A stretch of 64,000 nt of DNA from Octopus bimaculoides. Lineage: Eukaryota. Positions 39,300 through 51,800 of this stretch are shown in pieces (the stretch's first letter is position 1; each line of letters starts with the position of its first letter). Under the pieces are notes generated by a model. That model was not told the DNA's origin, made no database searches, and was given only the letters and a program-made list of their open reading frames with translations. The stretch covers positions 34,652,110 through 34,716,109 of the forward strand of contig NC_069005.1 of NCBI RefSeq assembly GCF_001194135.2. Reading direction: 5' to 3'. The position numbers and the translations under genes were made by a program.

Positions 39300-42266
39300 T
39301 GAAAATAGTTTCATTCACTGAAAGTTCTGGCCTTCCCTGTTGTTATTGAGTCTCTTGTTACTGTTTTGTTATTTAAAACAACTTCAAGAACCTCAGAGAA
39401 ACAAGAAATCTTGAGTAGCAACAGGATGGAGTTCAAGATCCAAATGAATTGCTTAAACTTTATGCTTACTAAATACTTTTCTCTCTTCTTTGTACACCCA
39501 TACATATAACAAAGTGTGTGTGTGTATCTTATATGTCACTGGTCTCTTCATGTGTAAAGAAGATGTCCATTTATAGCTCTTCAGCCTTTTAAAATGGTTC
39601 TTCTCAATTTTGTAAAGTAGGGACAGCGAGCACCCACTCACTCCCATCTTCTGCCTCTCACTGGGATATGAGAATGAATACACAGCTACTCACATTGAAA
39701 GGTACACATACATACTCCCTACCAAACCAACTACAATAACTCTTTCCTAGGCATTACAACCAAAAAAAAAAGAGAAAAAGAAAAAAGAAAAAAACAATGG
39801 AACAAGTTCCCCTGAGAAACAAAGACAAACTTTTCAGAATTCAATGCCACAATTAGTATCTGTTATGACTGTACATAGATTTACCAAAACAATTATAGAT
39901 GCAGCTAAAAATATATTCATTAAGGCAATACAAGACATACAACTCTGATTACAAGACTGAAACCGTCAAACTGATAATGAACGGAGACAACCCCAGACAC
40001 TAAAACCAGAAATGTAGATATATATATATATATATATATAAATTTAAATACTAAGGGTGAAAAATTGAGTATTAATTTAATTAATATCAATTTAAAACCA
40101 GTGGCCTAGCATATTGAAAAATCTGAAGATTCAGAAAAATTATATTACATACATATACGAGGGATGACCACTAAGTGGACATCCATTATGCTAGAAGACC
40201 ACCTATGGTCTGACCATTAAGAAGAGATTGTTCTCAAGAAAAAGTATAGTTCCAAAGTTACCAATCACATGCAGCAGGTAACACTCTTGTTTTGCTGTGT
40301 TATGAAAGAGACATCAATAGATTAATCAAAGTGTGATTACATTAGTTTCTAAAATATCTGTGAAAACTGAAACTTCAATGAATCAACAAAAGAAGGAAAT
40401 GACACAATATTTGTATTGACTAATGAGTGATGGATGAATATGACAAAAGAGTGAATATTGAAGATAACAGATGCTTTGGGTGAGGTGTAAAAGTGATATA
40501 TGAGAGTGGACACCTCAACAAAGAGTTACAACCCCAGGCCATTTCAGTTTTTCAGTTTATATCATACTAAACATAAGTAGACAAAAAGCATGCCCTACTG
40601 CCCCTCAGGTCACCCAATACATGCACTGCACAGTCCAGAGTATTGAGCAGCATTTATAACAAAAAATGCAAGACAGAAGTAAAACCCAGTGACTTAGATA
40701 TACTCAGGTTGTGTGAGAGAGAGAGAGAGAGATCGGTTCATGAGAGAAAGAAAGAAATGTGAATACCTGGTTGGTATGTGAGAGAGAAAGAATGAGTGAA
40801 ACAGGACATACTAATGACCAAAATTCCAGAAAAGATAATAGAAACAGGAAACAGAAAAATACCTTTCTGGAAGACTTGATCTCCTCCTGGGGCAACAAAA
40901 TAAAAACAATAGCTTCATTACTGATATTTAACATGTTGTAACATGCTATTTAAGGTGATTAGAATAAATCATAGCTACATGTGATATGTTGTAATAGACT
41001 CTTAAGTTTTTCATTATTTATTCTTGTACAAGTACTTAGACCAGATCCTCAGTTTCAACAACCGACACAACAACCACATTAGTGTAGGAAGACCTTCAAA
41101 GTCATAGCTGAGAATGACAGATCATAACATACATTGAGAGGTCATAGCAAGCGAAGCGATAAGATGTATTGACAAGGCACGGAAGACCACGACAGGTTAC
41201 AACAGATCACAGGCAGTCATTGCAAACTAAAGAGATGTTGAGAGGTCATGGCACACAATGAGAAGTGACAGCAGGTCATCAGAGGTGATGACAGGCCATA
41301 GCAGACCACTGCAGGTCATAAAAGATGAAACTGACCCGGAAATAGTTAGAAGGTACTCCTCATTTGATTCCTATGCTGCAAAACCATAGACGTAGAGAGA
41401 GAGAGTATTTCACAACATGACATATAAGAGTACCTCAGTACCCAATATACAGAGAGTACCTAAAAAAGAAAAAAAGGATCAAGTGTCGTTCCTGAGCCAT
41501 AAGCTCAAGGCCAGTTTCCCAGAATCTGTGGTGTATACACCCACCCTAGATGGGACACCAGCCCACTTTAGGATTGCTCACTTTTGCCAAATGAGGGGAC
41601 TGGAACAACATGAAATGAAATGTTTTTGCTTGCCCAGTCCAGAAATTGAAACCACAATCTTATAATCATGAGTGTAACACCCTAACCACTAAGCCATGCA
41701 CCACCACAGAGAGTACCCAAGTACATGACATAGAAAGAACCTCAGTAGACAATAAATAGAGGATTCCACAACAACAAAGATGGTACCTCACTACAAAACA
41801 GGCAGAACCTTACAAAAGGATACAGAGTTCTTCATTACACAACACAAAGTAAAATTGACAACAAGATATAGGGTACGTCACTACAAGACATACAAGCAGC
41901 ACTACATGGTACAGAGTACCTCAAGACAGACAGTATAGTACCTCACTGCAAGATATAGAGTACCATGCCAAAAAAAAAACCTGATGATAGTTCATTATAA
42001 GGCATGCAGTACCACATAATAAAACATACAAAGTACCTTATTATGAAATTTAGAGTACTGCAAGGAAGACATGACTTTATTACAAGACATATGGAACCAT
42101 GCTATCAGACAGTCATGCAGTACTGCACAAGACAGAGACAAACTACTCTTGCTACTACTAATAACACTACTGATCAATACTTACTGATACTTTTGAAAAA
42201 ATATCAATATGTATTGAGTACTTCACTACAAGATCTTGTTCTGAAATATATAAAACCAAGCTGTAT

Positions 42267-42297
<31 letters not shown>

Positions 42298-42985
42298 TAT
42301 TTTGCAACATCCAGCTCACATACATACACATGCACACACAATACTCTACAGATACTGACAATATTTTACTACATCACATACATACACACACTCACAGTAT
42401 ACAGCTACAGGACAAGGACATGACCACATGACATCAATATATAAAAATCTATCAAAAAATACCTTTCAACCACATTAGTTCTTCTGGAAATAAAATTGAT
42501 ATAATAATGGAAGTTAGAAGATAAAGTAAAACTGATTAATTATTATAATTTATGTGTTCTTGACAATGATGATGATGATGTCGATAATTATTTAGGATTT
42601 AGGCCATCAATTACAAGGAGAGGGATGGTCAATTCCATCAATGAAGGGATTAAGCAATTATATCAACCCCATTTCTTCACTAGGACTTTATTTTATTGGC
42701 TCCCAAAAGAATGAAAGACAAAATCAACCTCAGTGGAATTTGAACTTACATTGTACAGAACCAGAACGAATATCACACAGTAGTTTCTTTTTTCTCACAG
42801 TCTAACAATGCTGCCACTCCACTACTATCACTACCGACATTGACCCCAGTATGCGACTGGTACCTTATTTTATTGTCTGCAGAAGGATGGACGACAAGGC
42901 AGACTTTGGCAGGATTCAAGCTCAGAACACAAAATGTCGGATTAAATGCCACTAAGCCTGTTGTACTAACAACAATTCTACCACC

Positions 42986-43022
<37 letters not shown>

Positions 43023-44335
43023 TCTACTAAAGGCACAAGGTGTAACTGGTACTTATTTCATCGACCCCCAAAAGGATAAAAAGCAAAGTCAACCTCAGTG
43101 GAATCTGAACTCAGAACATAAAGATGGACTAACCACATGGTTCCGGCATGGTACCTAGGCCAAGTGTCTTCTACTATAGTCTTGGGCTGACCAAAACCAT
43201 ATGAGTGGATTTGATAGACAGAAACTGAAAGAAGCCCATTTATATATATATATATGTATGTATGTATTTGTGTATCTGTGCTTGTTCTCCCACCATTGCT
43301 TGACAGCCAATGTGTTACATTCCCGTAACTTAGCGGTTCAGCAAAATAAACCGATAGAATAAATACTAGGCTTACAAAGAATAAGTCCTGGGGTTGATTT
43401 GTTCGACTAGAGGCGGTGCTCCAGCATGGCCGCAGTCAAATGACTGAAACAAGTAAAAGAATATATACATTATTCAGACAACATAAATACCAGAAAATAT
43501 TTGACTCCAATACAGATTTCTGGCAGCCATCTCGACGAGTTCAAATATAGACAGAAGGCCATGAAGTTGGGGAGAGGGCTAGCATTTACTTTATATACCC
43601 TGAACAAATATTAAAGATGTGCATCGCATAATTAATATAATGGCTGTAAATGGGATTAGTGAATGTCAAAGTAGAAGACACACCAAACAGAGTAAGGGAG
43701 ACTACTCGATATTGATGAAGGGAGGTAACTTGGTCTAAACAGACGTAAGTGGTCTATGTGTGACAGGGGCGGCTAATGTTGGCTAACTATACGGGGAACG
43801 AAGGAGGGTTAACACTATGTGAGGCTTCTCGGGAGACTTGTAATAATATGTGGGAGAGGGATAACATATTGTGGGTTAACACTTCATTCAAACATTATAT
43901 GGTTTGACCAACTCCTCCATTTATGTGAAGTTAATAAAACACTTAATGATTTCATGGGTTAACCCCACATCAATTATCTGGGTTAACATGACATTCAATT
44001 ATTTTAGCTTCTACAACAATAAAATAGGTTAATATCAAACACGTAATGGTTGTTACAATACAAAAAAATCAAGTGGGATAACATAAAATGTAGGCATGAC
44101 GAGAATAATCTAACCCAGATGTGGAGTGTAAAGGGGCTAACACTTACTTGTTATCCTTCAGTACCCTTCTCCAGCTTTCATAGAGATCAGGGTCAGCACG
44201 CTTTATGTCCTTCAATCTTCCCTGACATTTGATTTGGTGACGATTCACAACAATTATCTGCAGAGAAACAAAACATGTATTACTATTGTGTGGGGGGAGG
44301 GGGGTTTAGAAATTACTATCGTGTGTAAATATATG

Positions 44336-44372
<37 letters not shown>

Positions 44373-47300
44373 GACACAAATTACAGAAATATTTAGATGA
44401 CATTATATATTAAAGAAAATTCTAATTTCACGACAAATTGTTTCGTAACTTAAAAACATGTAAATAATTTATATCATATTTAATATTTAATAATAAATAA
44501 GTTACACCCAAACAAATACCCACACACATTTATACAACATGGTAACATCAACAAAAATAATGTAAAACAATGTCTGTGAAAGGAACTGACCTGATAAGCA
44601 TTGTAGATGTGAGGAATTTGTGGAGAGACAAGGATAACTGTACGTTTTCTTCTGATCATGCTGCGTACCACTGCCTCCTCAAAAACATTGCGTCCAAGGT
44701 GAGGCTCTATCTTGGAGAATGGATCATCCTGGGAACAAAACATGTTTAAAGTTCAAATCTTGTTTGAAACAACTTTTCTTTATTTCCACCCTTGGGAAAA
44801 TGAAACTGACTTAGGCCTACAATGTGTTTTTTTTTTTAATATTTAAGTTAAAGGAGGGGATAGGCAGTATCCATGACCCTTTTTAGAGCTTTCATGACCA
44901 GTTGGATGGGGGAGAGGGCTTAACCTTCAGACCAGACATTTTGTTAGAATGCTTACAACAAAGATGACACCTGTAAAGAACAGCCAAGGACCAGGTGCTG
45001 GGGTTAAACTTGCAGATGGATTGATGATGATGATGATGTGAGTTGTTAAGTTCAACTCAATCTTTAACCCCCTAAACTAGAAATGGTAGCAGCCAGTAAA
45101 TGGAATAACTGGAAGAGTCCATGTAAAGAAGGTGGGTAGATTATGCTTACCATAATAATTGTGTTTGCTGAGGAATAGAGGGCTCTCGCAAGAGAGATAC
45201 GCTGTTTCTGACCCTCTGTCAGTAAGATACCCTGAAAATAGAGACAAAGTCAAAAGTAGTAATTAGAATGGTGATGCTGTTGTTGTTTGGTTGGTTGAGC
45301 CAGTTCATACTTCTCACTTGCATCATCTTTATCTTCTGATAATATCTTTTGTGCCGTAAACCATTTACTATCAAAGGAAGGAAGGGTACCCCCTTCTTTC
45401 CCTTAATGTCCTAAACACGTGCTTATTTTGCTTAATGGATAATCTAGCGCTGGTGGAGACCCATTTTCTACTCTCGACAGACCAAATTATTCTATGGTAG
45501 CATCTCTTCATTGGCTGAACACTCAAAGTACAGCTCTAAATATAACGATAATGAGAGGATTGACTCGTTAACCTACCTGTTCACCAACTTCTGTCCGATC
45601 TTTGGCCGGCCACAAAGTCAGGTCCGTGTTCAGAGAAACAGCATGGAGTACTTTTTTATATCTGTAATAAGTAACAAATACTTTATAGAGACACACACAC
45701 AGATACCACCCAATACATTATGTACACACACCACCACTGCCACTGCCACCCAATTCGGTCCTCAATTCCTTATGGTTATCCATAGTACTTAATAATGAAG
45801 GTCTTCTCCATCATTTACGGTTTCTTTGATGAACATACATCCCAAACTGTTGTTTAATTTCATATTCTCCAAAGTTGATGTACCAATCTTGTCTCTTTCA
45901 GCAGCAGGAAAACACAAATGCCAATCACAGCAAGGAAACAGCACTGCAGCACACACACACACACACACACAGAGTTTCATAAAACATATTCAAGAAACAC
46001 TTACTTTCTATAATTGTATGGTTGACCAAAAAGTATGTTTTCTTGGACTGTGGCATTCATGAGCCAAGGTGGTTGCGAACAATATGCCAATGTACAGGCT
46101 CTGTAAGGAAACAGATTAATCGATCAGTTATAATAACAACTAAGAATGATATTAGTGAAAGAGGTTGTTGTGTTAACTTTACTGTTAGTGACTACGAATG
46201 GATAGCAAATTGTTGCAATAAAACTGTAAGATGAAGATGATGATGAAAACATATATACACACAGAGACAGAGAAACATACCTGTTCCACTCCATGACTCC
46301 AGAATCCAAGACCATTTCCCCCAACATGGCTGATAACAATGTTGATTTGCCTGACCCAGAGGGACCAGTTATTATTGTCATCTTACCTACAGAATAGAAC
46401 AACAACAGTAGTAGTAGTAGCAGCAGCAGCATGTGGTGGTGCCTACAGTAGTGATGGCACCAGAGACTACCAAATATCTCCAACATCACCATCTGTGTCC
46501 AAGTGAAGCAATATCATTCACATCCTTCACCACCCGTCCCCCATGCAAACCCTCAAATATTCTTAAAAGGTTAACCTTTCACATCACTAACCCATGCATT
46601 CTCCTCTCCAAATTAGAGAGAGAAAGAGAAAGATAAAAGGCAGAAATACTAGGAGTTATATACATAACTTTCAAAGGCGTGGCTGTATGGTAAGTAGTTT
46701 GCTTCCCAACCACATGGTTCCAGGTTCAATCCCACTGCGTGACACCTTGTCATGCATATCTACGTGTGTATACCTTTGTGTCTGTGTTTGTGGGCCCCCA
46801 CAGAAACATAGCATAACTGAGATGAAGGCCCTGTTGGTCATTTGGCCTGAATGCTATGCGACGACTGCCCAAACCGAGCTAACCTGGACCAACACAACCA
46901 CCACCATTACTACACTTTGCTGCCAAAAGTGATGACGAAGAAGAAATTTTGCAATAATATAAAAAATATGAGGGACGAACTTCTAGAAACTAAGATGCAG
47001 TTAGAGGTGAGGAGAGTAGAGATGCTGAAAGAACTTACCCAGGGGGATTTTAATGTTGATATCTTTCAAACAGGAAGATTCATCGGAGAGGTCCGTAGAG
47101 AAAGAAGCCTCGGAGATGTCAAGGGCAAGCCGGTGTTCCACGGTCGGAGCGGCTTCTGCTGCTTCTCCCTCATCTTCCATGATAGAGACGTTGCCGTTGG
47201 TATTTCGTCGACGATAATGAAACCCTCGTCTTTCGGCGATGTAGGTGTCGTTTTCAGAAGTGATTGAGTGCTGTGAAAAGCTCGGCCGACGAAAGGCAGG

Positions 47301-48769
47301 GTCAAGGATGTCCAGCACAGATGCCCCGCTGTTCTGCCGGCTGTGGTTTGGAGTGTGACCCAGGGGGGGACTACTCTCCACTGATGAGATACTTCCACGC
47401 ATCGCTCCATTGTGGAACGCCATGCTAAGCTGGTTGGTTTTTACATCATACTTCATCAGAGTGTCCAGCTTGTTCTAACAACAACAACAACATCAGTAAG
47501 AGTGACATCACAACACACACACACACACACACACACACCACAAAGAAGAAAGTGAAGGAGACGAAATAGGAGATCTCGAAACGTTTATAAAGAGTAGCAG
47601 CAAGAGGAAATGTAAAAGTTGAGGGTGTACAAAGAGTAGCAGTAAGAGGAGATATTATAATTGAAGGTGTACAGGAGGATTAGTTGAGGGTGTAAAAAGA
47701 GTAACAGTTGAGGGTGTAGAAAGAGTAGCAGTAAGAGGAAACATGACAACTGAAGGTGTACAGAAAGTAGAAATAACAGAATATGTAAGAGTTGAAGGTG
47801 TACAAAAAGTAGCAGTAAGAGGAGATGTAACAGTTAAAGGTGTAGAGAGAGTAGCAGTAAGAGGAGATGTAACAGCTGAAGGTGTACAAAAAGTAGCAGT
47901 AAGAGATATGTTATAATTGAAGGTGTAGAGAGAGCAGCAGTAAGAGATCTGTCTGGAAGAGTGGCAGTGATGTTTTTCCAAACTTACTAACATGGGTGGA
48001 ATTGATTTTGAAAATTCAGACATTTCTGCATCACTGGATCTTGAGTCCATCACCAGCAGAGTAGGAGTGGAACCTGTTGTCAGCCATGTGGACTAATTTG
48101 GTTTACAGAGGAGAAAATATCTGTAGCCCCCCTACACTACCAACTCCTGCAGAATAATGTGCCGTGCAGCCCACCTACATTGTAGGACCATAGTGTACCA
48201 TGTGGTCCACATACAATAGGACATAGTGTACCATATGGTCTACAAAGAGGTGCTAAAACGCTCCTGGCTTTAAGGGCATCGTGAAAGGCCTGGTTAAAAG
48301 CCCAATCTTCCGACTTCTTTTACAGGGCTTAGAAAGACTAAAGGACTGCTGTAATAAGTATGAGAATCTGAGAGGGGAATACGCTGAATAAAATTATAAT
48401 TAACTGATCCTCCTGCATTTTCTTTTACCCAATAGGTACAGTAGGATGTACTGTATGACGTGGTTGAACTATCATAGAACAGACTGTACCATGTGGACCA
48501 CCAGCACACCACAGTCCACCACGTGGTCCATTTTACTAGAGGACATTGGGTACAATATCCTCCTTATAAACAGAAGATTGAGTAAACAGAAAACTAAATA
48601 TATTTCACAGCAGCAGTCAGGGAACCATGAGTGTGTAAAGCACAGGCAGCAGGATTATAATAGCATGAAACTATTGGTAGCTCTTTCGGTGGTGTATTTA
48701 AATTCATATTTATCTCTCACTGGAGGGAGTACTTTTTTTCTTGACCTTACCTCTATCGGATCTGTAAAC

Positions 48770-48823
<54 letters not shown>

Positions 48824-51800
48824 TCACTGTAAGGAAAAGGTCATGTGTATGTGTATACACACACACGTCACAGTATTGAGAAGGTCATGTGTATAGAATG
48901 TGGGGTGTATATGCTGCAGGAGGGAAGGGACCACATGGCCAGATGAGACAGGGAACTTAATCCCATCTGATGATTCATTAATCCTATCTGCCATTGAAGT
49001 GTTAAGGCAATAAATCAGATGTGCAGAAACAAAGCAACAGAGTGCAGTGTATGGTGCATCATTGTGCACATCTCACCTTACAATCAATACAGGAGAACAT
49101 GGACTTGGCTGACTGGACAACTGATCGCAATCGGGATATGGAGAAGGACGACTGAAAGACAAGTTGTTACAACAATGATGATGATGATGACTATAGTGAT
49201 AGTGATGACAATATGGATGATGACGTTGATGGTGATGGTGTTACAGTAGTAAAGATGATTATAGTGATGGAGATGGTACTTTGTGGAACTGACACTGACA
49301 GTTTCAGTGGTATGTTTTAACATTGAAACAATGGTGACGGTGACGGTGTATTGTGTAATATGACTGGTGTTTCAAAAGACAAACGGTAAAACCCAAAATT
49401 ACCTCTGCTTCTTTCTGTACGTTGCTTGTCTGGTGGCACTTGGTGAAGAAGGCACTGGGGTGTTGGCATATCTGGCTGGATTGTAAGAAGGAGGTCAACT
49501 CTCGGCTGCTGCTCTTCGCATTCAGCAAAGATATGTAAATAACACAGAGGAAATAAAAAGGGTAACACATAACCTGGAAGGTGGCAGCAACAGAGAATAC
49601 TTGGCCGGGCGTCAGAACTGTTCCCTTTGAAATATGGTAGAAGAGAAAGCTCTACAAAGAAATAGAAGTGGAATATTAGAAGAGAATTCAAAGAGAATGA
49701 ATTAGTCAGCATCATCATTAAACATCTATTTTCCATGCTGGCATGGTTTGGACAGCTTGACCAGTGTTGGCAAGCCAGGAGACAGTGCCAAGCTCTATTG
49801 CCTGTTTCAGCATGGTCTCTATGCCTGGTTGCCCTCCCTAATGCCAACCGCTTCACAGAGTGGACTGGGTGTTTTTTGTGTGGCACCAGCACTGATGGGG
49901 TTACCTAGTAACTTGCAAGATAAACATTCGTCAACTCAGGGACTTCCTGTAATGGGTCTTGTCAGATAAAAATCTCTTTCTATGGTTTCTGATACCAGAA
50001 TGTGTATTCTGCTTAATGACAGCAGGGGTAGCTACAGGCCCCCCCTCCCAGGTCATATAAAGGGAGTTGGAGATGGTTCATATCCACAGGACCTGCCCCA
50101 ATGGCTGACCACCACTAGACTGGACCAAGAATATGTAGAGTCAGTTGGAGTTGTTCTTTAGAGTGACACATTAAACAAAGATATGTAAGTTAAAATCACA
50201 GGAACTTACCGCAGCTGTTGACAATAACGGGGCTGATGTAACAAGGAACTCTGCAAGAGAAACAATCAAAAGTTAATTAAGAAATCAGTAATCAATGCAC
50301 AAAAACAATAATTTGTTAGAGTCATTAGGTTATCCCATCAAAGACCTTGTGCTTTTGTGTGGCACTGGTACAAGTGCTTTTTTATGACACCAGCAGCCAC
50401 AAGCCCACAAGCAAAATTCATCGGCACACTTCTACAGCATCCCAAAAAGTGATTTCCAAAAATGTTTCCAGCAGTGGCAGGAATGCTAACAAAAGTGTGG
50501 AGACACCCAAGATGAATACTTTGAAGGAGACTGAATCAAAATGTTGAGTTTTTTTAATTTTACTTGTTTTTTGGCCAAAGGCCAAATATATGTATATATA
50601 TATATATATATATATACAAAAGAGAGAGAAAGTGTGTGTGAGTGTGAAAGCGTACAAACTGACCGATGATAGACTTGAGGTAGGCAATACGATACAACAA
50701 TTTCATCTCTTTCTTTCGATCCTTACTGACCAAACGGCTGAAACATTTCTCCCAGGCATTCAACTTGATCTGCTTGATGCCTTTTATTAGTTGTTTTACT
50801 TTCTTCACCCTCCTTTCACTGAGATTCTGAAAAAGAGAAAGAATGAGGCAGTAAGAGAGAGAGAGAGAGAAGTGGGGTATAATGGGTATAACAGAGTAAA
50901 GTGGTTGGGTCAGACAGACAGTCTAATGAAGTGGTTCTCAACTGCTGTTCATATAAGATTTTTGGGGGTCCATGCAACAAAATCGTAAATTGGGGATCCA
51001 CAATAGTATTTTAGGGGTCCCTGAAAATGTTTTGCTTTCGATGTGTCTCGTATTGGTCTGGATTGCAAGGAACAGCCAGGTTTCTTTCTCTGACATTTTC
51101 CATAATTCAACCTCCACAAGTTGATGTGTGGAAAACAAAATGGGAATTTTTGGAAGAAGTTTCTATAAAACTTGTTTTTAAACATGGAATGATTACGGGG
51201 GGTCCAGCAGAAAAGAATGGTGATCAAAGGGATCCACAGATAAGAAATAATTTGAGAACCCCTGCTCTATATAGGAGAGAAAAGCCGAGTTGAACAATGA
51301 CATATAGATGAAAGTAGAGTAGTTTGGTGTGTGGGGGAAGGGTCGGTAGTTTGGTGTGACAATGGTATTTAGGGAGTAGAGGGATAAGTAACAAGTGGAC
51401 AGTGCAGTTGAGCAATATTAACAACCACCCATATCTAACATACCATTATGCTGCCTTGGAGTCTAAACAGGTGCCGTGCAGTTGCAATGTGCATACATGT
51501 GTGCACACCAATGATGAAAAAGCCCATTACTGCACTGGAACCGAGTTTTAGGAAGACCACGATAAAACCAACAACAATCTGGAAAATAAATAAGAGAGAG
51601 AGAGAGCAACAGGTTGGATCATGGGGTAAGCATCTTGTACATGTAACTGTGGCAACAGAGTTTACTACAGGTCAGTAGTAAACTGGACATCAGCTAAAAG
51701 AGGGATAACAATAATAGAAAGGTCACTGAGTGTGGCCATGCTGGAGCACCGCCTTGAAGGGTTCTAGTCGAACAAATTGACCCCAGGACTTATTTTTTAA

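Noticed and set aside
39642-39660. AG/GTGAGT-bounded 19-nt candidate microexon in the SUR linker
   Set aside because: Length is not a multiple of 3 and would frameshift the gene.
47655-47987. ORF continuing into LTATFCTPS mucin-like repeats
   Set aside because: It is the intronic 42-bp minisatellite read through a perfect GTAAGT donor and ends in a stop; at most a retained-intron product.
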